Below, piece by piece: positions 1 to 8,609 of a DNA stretch of 64,000 nt (positions within the stretch are counted from its first letter, which is position 1; every line of letters starts with the position of its first letter). This DNA is from Deltaproteobacteria bacterium (GTDB taxonomy: Bacteria > Desulfobacterota_D > UBA1144 > Nemesobacterales > CSP1-2): the NCBI GenBank assembly GCA_052390235.1, contig JBQTHB010000002.1, positions 448,001 through 512,000 of the forward strand, read 5' to 3'. The position numbers were made by a program, and so were the translations under genes. The notes beneath the pieces are model-generated. The model saw only the letters and a list, made by a program, of their open reading frames with translations, was not told where the DNA came from and did no database searches.

Positions 1-186
1 AAAAAAGAAATCGGCTGGGGAAGCCAAATCCGCTCCTACGTGCTTCACCCCTACAGGATGATTAAAGACCACAGAACGGACTTCGAGACCGGAAACGTGG
101 AGCCTATCCTAGACGGCGACTTGGAGGAATTTATTAAGAGCTATCTCATGCTCGCTTCGGGTATGAACAAGGGGGCGGCGGCATAG
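1..186 (+). CDS. prfB: Peptide chain release factor 2, C-terminal fragment (5' partial)
   Basis: Frame 1 translated by hand: [26 protein letters not shown]...[13 protein letters not shown]...*. GWGSQIRSY is the RF2 C-terminal motif. Confidence 0.95.
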   Translation, partial: KKEIGWGSQIRSYVLHPYRMIKDHRTDFETGNVEPILDGDLEEFIKSYLMLASGMNKGAAA

Positions 187-277
187 ACCCTGCGGCGGTT
201 GATTGTTTACGCGCCTGGTTTATTCTTAGATTGCGGGCTTGCTCGCGATGCCGATTGGAGCGGAGGCGGTTACTCGA

Positions 278-1156
278 TTGCGAATTGGAATTATCGGCAG
301 AACCGATAGAAAAAAAGTGTTTGAGATAACCCATCGCCTCGTCGCTTGGCTTAAGGAAAGAGGGGTTCTGACGCTTGTCGAAACCTCCCTTGCCGCGCAT
401 ATCGGGCATAGCAGCCCGGTGGAGGCGGCCCAGTTGCCTGAGCGAGTGGACCTCATCCTCGTATTCGGCGGCGACGGCACGTTCCTCAGCGTGGCTCGGC
501 TCGTGTCGAGCTACGACATCCCAATACTCGGAATAAATCTGGGGGCCCTTGGGTTTCTCACCGAGATTACTGTCAGCGAGCTATATCCGATGATGGAGCG
601 TATTCTCGCCAGAAACTACGAAACCGAGCAGAGGCAGATGCTCTCGGCTACCATCCGCGGGGAATCCGAGCTTGAAAATAACCACTTAATCGCCCTCAAC
701 GACGTCGTTGTAAACAAAGGCACAGTGGCCCGGATGATTGACCTTGCCGTCTATATAGGCGGCTCACACGTTACAAATTTCAGAGCCGATGGGATTATCC
801 TCTCCACGCCAACCGGCTCTACGGCGTATTCCTTATCCGCCGGCGGGCCCATTGTCTACCCAACGCTCCCGCTTATTGTAATGACCCCGATTTGCCCTCA
901 CACGCTCACGAATCGCCCGCTTGTGGTGTCGAGCGAAACGGAGATCAAAATTAAAATTCTCACCGATTCCCCTGACGTATATCTCACACTCGATGGGCAG
1001 AGGGGGGTAAATCTGCAAGTCGGCGACTTTGTAGAGGTTAAAAAAGCCGACCGATGCGTAATGCTCATCCGCTCCCCCTATAGGGACTATTTCACGATAT
1101 TAAAAAACAAGCTCATGTGGGCGGAGAGGTACGGCTATGCCCCGGTCGAAGAGTGA
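278..1156 (+). CDS. nadK: NAD(+) kinase
   Basis: GGDGT, GINLGALGFL, LNDVVV and DGIILSTPTGSTAYSLSAGGP motifs. Start moved from 239 to in-frame TTG 278, downstream of GGAGG. Confidence 0.95.
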   Translation: MRIGIIGRTDRKKVFEITHRLVAWLKERGVLTLVETSLAAHIGHSSPVEAAQLPERVDLILVFGGDGTFLSVARLVSSYDIPILGINLGALGFLTEITVSELYPMMERILARNYETEQRQMLSATIRGESELENNHLIALNDVVVNKGTVARMIDLAVYIGGSHVTNFRADGIILSTPTGSTAYSLSAGGPIVYPTLPLIVMTPICPHTLTNRPLVVSSETEIKIKILTDSPDVYLTLDGQRGVNLQVGDFVEVKKADRCVMLIRSPYRDYFTILKNKLMWAERYGYAPVEE

Positions 1157-1505
1157 GCAAGTCCTCCACGACTGGGTCGTCGAGAAGCTGAGGGTGAAAT
1201 ATTCCAGGCTCTATAGAGAAGTCCACGCAAACCCCGCCGAAGAGAGAAATTACGAATTTGGGGGGCATTTCCCAGACCTCATCTTTGTCAACTACGGGCA
1301 GACGATGCTCATAGCTGAGGTCGAGACCGAGGAGACAATAAACGAGGGAGAAGCTGAGGAGTGGAAGACGCTCTCGGCTTTGGGAGTGCAACTCGTCCTC
1401 ATCGTGCCGAAGGAGATGCAGAACGCGGCAAGGGACATCTGCTGGAAGGCGGGGATAGCGGCGAGGGTTAAAATCGGCTTTTTCGATGTTTCGCTGAGTA
1501 TTTAA
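1137..1505 (+). CDS. Hypothetical protein, possible PD-(D/E)xK nuclease-like fold
   Basis: 122 aa, overlaps the nadK end. FPDLIF...LIAEVET pattern resembles a restriction-endonuclease-like core. Confidence 0.6.
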   Translation: MPRSKSEQVLHDWVVEKLRVKYSRLYREVHANPAEERNYEFGGHFPDLIFVNYGQTMLIAEVETEETINEGEAEEWKTLSALGVQLVLIVPKEMQNAARDICWKAGIAARVKIGFFDVSLSI

Positions 1506-1677
1506 ATGTTGAGATAAAATTATTATAATATGTGCGGACAAAAAACTCTGAGAGGCACAAAAATGAAAATATATCTCGCCCCGCAAGTTCCAAAACCCGC
1601 TCCCACGGGGGGCTATCCTGGGGACGGCGGATAATTAGCCGGGCTGCTTTGTCTCTGCTTCTTCGGATATGTCTAAA

Positions 1678-2604
1678 TTATCCGCCAATGACCGTCCCCT
1701 CCCGAACCCTCTTGCCCCTGAGGAAGTCCTCGATGCCGAGTCTCCTGCCCCCCTCGATTTGAACCTCAAGTAGTGCAAGCACTCCGGCGCCGGTTGCAAC
1801 CCTGAGGGTTTTCCTATCCGCTTTTATGACCTCTCCCGCGCTTCCACTGCCCTCGCAGACCTGTGCTTTGAATATTTTGAGCATCCTCCCCTCCAGCCCC
1901 GTATATGCCGAGGGCCAGGGGATTGCTCCGCGCACGAGGTTTTCAATCTCTACGGCGGATTTTGACCAGTCCACCGCGCCGTCTTCTTTCCTCAGCATCG
2001 GGGCATAGGTTGCTTCGGCGTGGTTTTGCTGTGCTGGAGTGAGCCTGCTCGATTTTAATAGGATTATCGTCTCAATGAGAAGCTCTGCTCCGATGCTAGA
2101 TAATTTCTCGGATAGGGTTTCCCCTGTGTCGTCGGCATTAATTGGAATCTCTCGGCTAAGGAGCATATCGCCTGTGTCCATGCCCTCGTCCATAATCATC
2201 GTGGTAATTCCCGTGGCGCTCTGCCCCCTAATTATCGCCCAGTTAATCGGGGCGGCGCCGCGCAGTTTCGGCAGTAGCGACGCGTGTACATTGAGACACC
2301 CCATCGGCGGTATGTCTAGTATGTTTTTAGGGAGGATTTTCCCGTATGCCGCCGTGCAGATAACATCCGGTTTGAGCGCGCTTAGCTCTCGGTGAAACTC
2401 CTCGGTTCTCACTTTGGCGGGCTGAAGGACGGCAATTCCGCCCTTCTCGGCTAGGATTTTCGTAGGCGGGGGGGACAGCGCAAGCCCCCTGCCCTTGGGC
2501 TTGTCGGGCTGGCAGACGACGGCTACAACCTCGTCGTCGGAGCGCATTAGAGCCTCCAGCGAGGGGATAGCGAATTCGGGAGTTCCCATGAATACGATTC
2601 TCAT
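1678..2604 (-). CDS. fmt: Methionyl-tRNA formyltransferase
   Basis: MRIVFMGTPEFA, QPDKPKGRG, NVHASLLPKLRGAAPI. Start set at ATG 2604. Confidence 0.97.
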   Translation of the reverse strand: MRIVFMGTPEFAIPSLEALMRSDDEVVAVVCQPDKPKGRGLALSPPPTKILAEKGGIAVLQPAKVRTEEFHRELSALKPDVICTAAYGKILPKNILDIPPMGCLNVHASLLPKLRGAAPINWAIIRGQSATGITTMIMDEGMDTGDMLLSREIPINADDTGETLSEKLSSIGAELLIETIILLKSSRLTPAQQNHAEATYAPMLRKEDGAVDWSKSAVEIENLVRGAIPWPSAYTGLEGRMLKIFKAQVCEGSGSAGEVIKADRKTLRVATGAGVLALLEVQIEGGRRLGIEDFLRGKRVREGTVIGG

Positions 2605-2611
2605 GGGATGG

Positions 2612-2640
2612 AGTATATGACTAAATCCGCTTATATTCAA
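2612..2640 (-). promoter_or_regulatory. sigma70-type promoter of fmt (leaderless-like)
   Basis: TTGAAT-N17-TATACT, then 7 nt to ATG, with no SD. Confidence 0.6.
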
Positions 2641-2646
2641 TCCGTA

Positions 2647-4266
2647 TTAGCCCACACAACCACCCGAAGCGACGTTGTTTCCCTCCCCGCTCGGCTCATC
2701 AACCTGATTGCCGGAGTCCACGATGATTCTAAAGGAGCAGTCGGGGCTGAAGCAATTTCCGGGGACTTTAAATAGGAGGTCAACCGAACCCCCTTTGGCT
2801 ATCGGAGGGGTTTGGAGCGTAACCGTCCCTCCTCCAAATGCCACAGAGGTCTTTGATGCGCCGGCGTCTGTATCGCCCTGATTCTTGACCGTAACTCTCA
2901 GGAGTTTGCCCCCCTCTTCAAACCGGCAGAACGCGCTTGGAGCAGTCCCAGACGGGCTGAAGGGAACTAAATCGGGGCCCCTGCTTCCCACTACATTTGA
3001 CACCCGCAGGAATCCTAAAATCATCACATTGTGGCGCGTGTAGTGTCCGGGCTTTCCGTTCTCGTCTTCAAATTCGGAGGCGAGCGTGTAGGTCAGTTTC
3101 CCCTCTGCTCCTCCCGCCGCTTTTTCATAGTTGAAATCCTCAATTCGCACCCCCATTTGGGTTATCTCTTCGTCGTCGCGGCAGTAGCCGATGTCCCAGC
3201 CCATAAGCACGGGGATTGCGTAGTCGTATCTCTGAGGGATTTTCTCGACAGTGAATTCCTCGCTGAACGTGCCTTGAACCGCGCTGCATTGGTGATCGTC
3301 TTTATCCTCCGTGGGAAGTATCGAAAACGGCGGCTCGATGGTTTCAATATCGTTTCCGCCAAGAGCGCTTACAATCTCTCCTAATGCGTAATTTTTTCTG
3401 GCGTCGTTGTCCTTTAAGACGCTGTATGTCTCCCAACTGACAAATTCGGAATCCGCTTCACTTGCCGGATTTGAAAGCGGGGCATTCACCCGTTCAGTGC
3501 CTTTTCTGTATATTTTTCCGTTTTCTGCGAATTTTTCGCTGTGGTCGTGATAGTATGCCGCTTGAAGTAGATGCTCGTCGTTACCAAATGTGAGACCGTA
3601 GCCGCGAGGAAGAGTGGTTACGGTTCTCGGCTGGGTGAAAGCGGGGTTTTGGATGAATGATGAAAAAGAGGAAAGCGCGGTGTATTGCCCACGGTTTGAG
3701 GCGAAGTAGTAATTGACGTTGCCGCCTCGGGTAAAACAGCCGTCGTTGTTGTCAGCGACGAGGTTTAAATTGCCGCTCCAGCCAAGCGCGGTGTAGTGAT
3801 AGCACCAGCCGTAGGCCTCTTTAAAATCGTTGTCCGAAAGCGCGCCCGCCGCCTGCCATGAGAGCTTTGCGCCCTCGAGTCTTATATTTCCTATGACCGT
3901 GCCGAAGCCTAAGACGTGGTGGTCTGAGCTTAGATAATTCACCTTCCAGCCGTTGAGTATTATCGTAGCGTCGTTGACATAGGCGGGAAATTGAATGCTC
4001 TGCTCAATTTTCAGCGCGTCCTCTCTGCCCGATTTGTCCGATTCGGCGCAGGCAGTGCCTCTAATAACGATTAGCGTTCCGGGATTTTCAAACTCAACGG
4101 TCTCCTCCGAGGAGGTTGCCTCGGCTATTGGGGCTTCCTCGATGAGCTGGCAGAGTTCCTCAGCCAGTGGATTGTCAAGGGAAAATATCAATTGGCACGA
4201 TACCGATACAACAGAAGCGACTATAACTAAAATTACCCGCAAACCCTGAAATCTAGCTCTAGCCAT
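2647..4266 (-). CDS. Secreted/lipoprotein with C-terminal CARDB-like domain
   Basis: N-terminal RARF plus hydrophobic stretch ending VSC. C-terminal PDLVP...VTVKNQG...VDSGNQVDE..EGNN CARDB pattern. AGGAGG SD upstream. Confidence 0.7.
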   Translation of the reverse strand: MARARFQGLRVILVIVASVVSVSCQLIFSLDNPLAEELCQLIEEAPIAEATSSEETVEFENPGTLIVIRGTACAESDKSGREDALKIEQSIQFPAYVNDATIILNGWKVNYLSSDHHVLGFGTVIGNIRLEGAKLSWQAAGALSDNDFKEAYGWCYHYTALGWSGNLNLVADNNDGCFTRGGNVNYYFASNRGQYTALSSFSSFIQNPAFTQPRTVTTLPRGYGLTFGNDEHLLQAAYYHDHSEKFAENGKIYRKGTERVNAPLSNPASEADSEFVSWETYSVLKDNDARKNYALGEIVSALGGNDIETIEPPFSILPTEDKDDHQCSAVQGTFSEEFTVEKIPQRYDYAIPVLMGWDIGYCRDDEEITQMGVRIEDFNYEKAAGGAEGKLTYTLASEFEDENGKPGHYTRHNVMILGFLRVSNVVGSRGPDLVPFSPSGTAPSAFCRFEEGGKLLRVTVKNQGDTDAGASKTSVAFGGGTVTLQTPPIAKGGSVDLLFKVPGNCFSPDCSFRIIVDSGNQVDEPSGEGNNVASGGCVG

Positions 4267-4382
4267 GATGCACCTCCTTAGTCGGTGTTTTGTCTTCGCA
4301 AAGAACGCCTCGGCTGCCTGAGCAATGAAACCCTCCCGAAACGTGCGGGCGGCGCGAAAAATTGAGCGACTGCGAGGGGGGG

Positions 4383-5690
4383 CTAGCCTGCCAACTCGCC
4401 GGAGAGGTCGTAAATGTCGGCATCAGTGATTTTTATCCTCACAAAATCGCCTATTTTCATCTCCCTAGTTTTCTTAACGCGGGTGATTCCGTCCACCTCA
4501 GGGGCTTGAGAGGCGATTCTCGCGGTATAGTCCCCATTTTCTTCGCCCTCGATAAACCCCTCGCGCAGCGCGCCGACAAGCGCTCGATTTTTCCTGAGCG
4601 ACACCTCTGACTGCGCTTCCATTAGCCTCTCATAGCGCTCCTCTTTCGCGTCGTCGTCAATCTGCTCGGGCAGGTCGTGGGCTTTCGTGCCTTCCTCGCG
4701 GGAGTATTTAAACGCCCCTGCGCGGTCGAACTCAGCTTCTTCAATGAAATCGAGAAGCTCGGCAAATTCCCCGTCGCTCTCTCCCGGAAATCCCACGATA
4801 AACGTCGTCCGAAGCACTACTTCGGGAATCTCCGAGCGGAATTTAGCTAGAATCTCCCTTATGCGCCGGCTCGTGGTTTTTCTGTCCATGAGTTTCAATA
4901 TGCGGTCGTTTATGTGCTGGAGCGGCATATCAATATAGGGGAGGATTCGCCTCTCGCTGGCTATGAGCTTGACCAGTGAATCCGTAATCCCCCAGGGATA
5001 GCAGTAGTGAATCCGAATCCACTCGATGGAGTCAACCCTGGCAAGCTCCCTGAGCATCGTCTCGAGGTCTGTGCCGATGTCCCTGCCGTAGCTCGTCATA
5101 TCCTGCGCTATGAGGTTTAGCTCTCTCACGCCGAGGCGCGACAGGTTCTCCGCCTCGCCCACAATGGATGCGACGGCGCGGCTTTTCATCGTGCCGCGCA
5201 TTTTGGGGATAATGCAAAACGCGCAGGTTCTCGAACAGCCCTCCGACACCTTCAGGTAAGCCGTATGTGGTTGGGTCGTAAGGGTGCGCGGGGTGTCGGG
5301 GTCGTAGAGTGTGCCGGGAGGGGATTTGTAAAATTTTTTGACGCGCTCTTTTTTCAGCGCTTCGCCGATTTTCATGAGGTTTCCCGTTCCCCAAAAGGAG
5401 TCCACCTCTGGGATTTCGCGTTTTAATTCCTCGGCGTACCGCTCCACCAGGCATCCGGTTACGATGAGCTTCTTGCAACTCCCCGCCTGCTTGTACTCGG
5501 ACATCTCCAAAATAGCGCTGATTGACTCCCTTTTGGCGTCGCCGATGAAGCCGCAGGTGTTCACTATGATAACATCGGCTTCGGCTTCGGACGGGGAGAG
5601 GGAAAACCCCTCTTTCCTGAGCGACCCTAGCATCAGTTCGCTGTCAACGAGATTTTTCGAGCATCCTAGGCTCGCAATATAGACCTTCAT
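4383..5690 (-). CDS. rimO: Ribosomal protein S12 methylthiotransferase
   Basis: SLGCSKNLVDSE, NTCGFI, radical SAM motif CSRTCAFC, C-terminal TRAM domain (APEVDG). Confidence 0.95.
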   Translation of the reverse strand: MKVYIASLGCSKNLVDSELMLGSLRKEGFSLSPSEAEADVIIVNTCGFIGDAKRESISAILEMSEYKQAGSCKKLIVTGCLVERYAEELKREIPEVDSFWGTGNLMKIGEALKKERVKKFYKSPPGTLYDPDTPRTLTTQPHTAYLKVSEGCSRTCAFCIIPKMRGTMKSRAVASIVGEAENLSRLGVRELNLIAQDMTSYGRDIGTDLETMLRELARVDSIEWIRIHYCYPWGITDSLVKLIASERRILPYIDMPLQHINDRILKLMDRKTTSRRIREILAKFRSEIPEVVLRTTFIVGFPGESDGEFAELLDFIEEAEFDRAGAFKYSREEGTKAHDLPEQIDDDAKEERYERLMEAQSEVSLRKNRALVGALREGFIEGEENGDYTARIASQAPEVDGITRVKKTREMKIGDFVRIKITDADIYDLSGELAG

Positions 5691-6805
5691 GCGCGCCTCT
5701 TTACGATGTGCGATACCCTGCCTTGAGAGAACGTGAGGGTTATCTCGCCCTCGTCGCCCTTGCCGAATACGTCAAATGCTACGTCCTCCAGACATTTTGA
5801 CACTAGAACATCAAGCCCCCTTGCGCCGGTTTGTCGGGATAGCGCTTCTCTTATGATGAAATCTGCCACGCGCTGGTCAATTTGCAGGTGAAACCCCTCT
5901 TCCTCGAACTCCCTTTTATACTTCTGGATTTTCAGAAGCAAGATTTCTTTGAGCGTTCCCGTGTCGAGCGGCGAAAACGGGACGATTCTATTAAACCTGG
6001 CGACGAGTTCGGGGAGGAATCCGAAGAGGTGAAATTTCGATATATCGTCCGCTTCCTCTTCGCTGATTTTATAGGCGATGGCTCTTTCATATTCCGAATT
6101 TTCTGGAATCTGCTGGAGGAATCCAAGCCCCCCTTTCTCGAATAAGCTCCTGATGCCTGAGAACGCGCCGACGGCAAAAAATGACATATCGCGCGTTGAA
6201 ATCATCGCCCTTGGACCGCGGTTCGACACCCCGAAATCAAGCGGGATTTGGGCGTCCGTGCCTTCGAGGATTTTTAGCAGCTCTCTTTGCACGCCGTAGC
6301 CGGATACGTCTTTTGTCGTGCCTTGCCCCGCAAACCTGCCGCTACTGTACGCGCCCGCGATTTTATCGAACTCATCTAAGACGACCACTCCGCACTCGGC
6401 GATGTCCACGCTCTCGTTCGCCGCATAGACTAGCTGTACGAGGATGTTGACCACGTCCTCGCCCACGTAGCCGGACTCGGTGAATTTCGTCATATCCACT
6501 ACGACAAAAGGGAGTTTAAATATCTCCCCGAAGAGCAGTTCAATGAGATAGGTCTTGCCGCATCCGGTGGGGCCCATGAGAATGGAATTTGGTCTTGGGG
6601 GAAGCTCGCCCCTTGGAATTTTCTTTGTATGCAGGTGTTTTAGGCGCTTTACATGGCGGTAGGCGGCAAGCGATACTGCCCTGCGCGCCCGGGGCTGTCC
6701 ACGGTAGCCGAGGGTCTCTAGTTCTTCAAATATCTTCTTGGGCGAGGGAAGCGGGATGGACTCGATAAAGTCTCGGACGTAGTTAATTTTTTCTCCTCTT
6801 TTCAT
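5687..6805 (-). CDS. ClpX-like AAA+ ATPase lacking the N-terminal zinc-binding domain
   Basis: GPTGCGKT, TESGYVGEDV pore loop, DEFDKI, DVSGYGVQRELLKILEG, LPELVARF, TGARGL. No CxxC N-domain. Start ATG 6805 after GGAGG. Confidence 0.8.
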   Translation of the reverse strand: MKRGEKINYVRDFIESIPLPSPKKIFEELETLGYRGQPRARRAVSLAAYRHVKRLKHLHTKKIPRGELPPRPNSILMGPTGCGKTYLIELLFGEIFKLPFVVVDMTKFTESGYVGEDVVNILVQLVYAANESVDIAECGVVVLDEFDKIAGAYSSGRFAGQGTTKDVSGYGVQRELLKILEGTDAQIPLDFGVSNRGPRAMISTRDMSFFAVGAFSGIRSLFEKGGLGFLQQIPENSEYERAIAYKISEEEADDISKFHLFGFLPELVARFNRIVPFSPLDTGTLKEILLLKIQKYKREFEEEGFHLQIDQRVADFIIREALSRQTGARGLDVLVSKCLEDVAFDVFGKGDEGEITLTFSQGRVSHIVKRRA

Positions 6806-6900
6806 TGAGCGGCTTGCCTCCGTGCGGTATGTTATTGTATAAATTCCCGAGACTATTTTCAAGTAACCTTCGAGCGATGAGCCTATATCTAGAGGCGCTA

Positions 6901-6940
6901 GTGTCCATAATTTAAGACCCAGTGCCTAGAGCTTAAGCAC
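6901..6940. promoter_or_regulatory. Tandem enhancer-like (NtrC-type) boxes upstream of the Anbu operon
   Basis: GTGTCCATAATTTAAGACC (6901-6919) and GTGCCTAGAGCTTAAGCAC (6922-6940, TGC-N11-GCA). The same pair occurs upstream of glnB. Confidence 0.65.
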
Positions 6941-7003
6941 GATGATTCTCCATATTGCCAATAAATGCGCGTTTCTATAGGCTATAGCGATGATATTGCT
7001 ATC

Positions 7004-7019
7004 TGGTATGTTGTTTGCA
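7004..7019 (+). promoter_or_regulatory. sigma54 (-24/-12) promoter of the Anbu operon
   Basis: TGGTATGTTGTTTGCA = GG-N10-GC with TTGC. Confidence 0.7.
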
Positions 7020-7032
7020 ACCTATTCAGGAG

Positions 7033-8496
7033 ATGATTCCTACGAATACAAATAAGACCTATCCCGAAAATGTTTTGAATTTTGACAACTACGACACTGA
7101 GGGCTTCTACGACGAGATGTTTGACTCTGCGGGCAGCCCAAGGGATTGGTATCGGTTGCTGAAGGACTATATCGAAAACCTTGAGCCGGGCGAACTCATG
7201 CGCCGCCAGCACTCTGCCGAGCGGATGCTCCTGGCAATGGGTATCACTTTCAACGTCTATAAAGAGGGCGGAGGGGAGAATATTTTCCCATTCGATGTCA
7301 TCCCCAGAATAATTGACTCCGCCGAGTGGGACGGAATCGAGCGGGGACTGCGCCAGCGCATTCAGGCGCTAAACCTGTTCATCAACGACATATATCACGA
7401 CCAGCAGATACTATCGGACGGCGTCGTTCCAAGGGAGCTAATCGAATCGTGCAAGAGTTTCTTGAAGCCGTTTGTGGGGCTTAATCCCCCCAAGGGCGTG
7501 TGGTGCCATATCACGGGGACGGATTTAATCCGCGACAAGGACGGCAAATTTTACGTTCTCGAAGACAACCTGCGCTGTCCTTCGGGCGTATCCTATGTGC
7601 TGGAGAACAGGGAAATTATGAAGCGCTCCTTCCCCGACGTTTTCGAGGATTTGGGCATAAGGCCAGTCTATGACTACCCAATACACCTGCTTGAGATGCT
7701 ACAGAGGGTCTCAAACGTGCCGAATCCGACAATTGCCGTGCTGACCCCCGGAATTTACAACTCGGCCTATTTCGAGCATTCGTTCCTAGCTCAGCAGATG
7801 GGGGTCGAGCTTGTCGAGGGGAGCGACCTCGTCGTACATGAGGGCTACGTCCAGATGCGCACAACCACGGGGCTTAGGCGCGTTGATGTGATTTATCGCC
7901 GAATCAACGAGGAGTTCCTCGACCCGCTCCTCTTCCGAGCGGACTCCCTGCTTGGAGTGCCGGGAATCTTCGACGTCTATAAAAAGGGCAGGGTTACGCT
8001 TGTAAACGCCCCCGGCACAGGCGTTGCCGACGACAAAATCATCTACGCCTACGTGCCTTCAATAATAAATTACTACCTAGGCGAGGACATCATCCTTCCC
8101 AACGTCCCGACCTACGTGTGCTGGGACAGAAAACAGCGCCAGCACGTCATCGAGAACATCCACGAGCTCGTCGTCAAAGAGGCAAACGAAGCCGGCGGCT
8201 ATGGAATGCTCATAGGTCCGCATTCGACAAAAGCAGAGCAGGAGGATTTTCGCCGCCGTATTGAGTCAGATCCGAGGAACTACATCGCTCAGCCCACGAT
8301 AAGTTTTTCCCGCGTTCCCACGATAACCGGAGACCACTTCGAGGGCAGGCACGTGGATCTGCGCCCTTACATCCTCTACGGCGAAAACATATACGTCATG
8401 CCGGGGGGGCTGGCGAGGGTCGCGCTGAGGAAGGGGTCTCTGGTCGTCAACTCCTCTCAGGGCGGAGGGAGCAAGGACACTTGGGTGCTTCGCTGA
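7033..8496 (+). CDS. Circularly permuted type 2 ATP-grasp protein (Anbu operon)
   Basis: [57 protein letters not shown]. Start is ATG 7033 or TTG 7075. Confidence 0.93.
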   Translation: MIPTNTNKTYPENVLNFDNYDTEGFYDEMFDSAGSPRDWYRLLKDYIENLEPGELMRRQHSAERMLLAMGITFNVYKEGGGENIFPFDVIPRIIDSAEWDGIERGLRQRIQALNLFINDIYHDQQILSDGVVPRELIESCKSFLKPFVGLNPPKGVWCHITGTDLIRDKDGKFYVLEDNLRCPSGVSYVLENREIMKRSFPDVFEDLGIRPVYDYPIHLLEMLQRVSNVPNPTIAVLTPGIYNSAYFEHSFLAQQMGVELVEGSDLVVHEGYVQMRTTTGLRRVDVIYRRINEEFLDPLLFRADSLLGVPGIFDVYKKGRVTLVNAPGTGVADDKIIYAYVPSIINYYLGEDIILPNVPTYVCWDRKQRQHVIENIHELVVKEANEAGGYGMLIGPHSTKAEQEDFRRRIESDPRNYIAQPTISFSRVPTITGDHFEGRHVDLRPYILYGENIYVMPGGLARVALRKGSLVVNSSQGGGSKDTWVLR

Positions 8497-8609
8497 AGCG
8501 GGATTGATTATGAAGGGCGCTATCCGCAAATTACGCAAATCGAACAGAGTCCAGATACGCAGATGCAGTGTTATGGGCAGAGAAATATCGTGGCTGAAAT
8601 GGTGATAAA

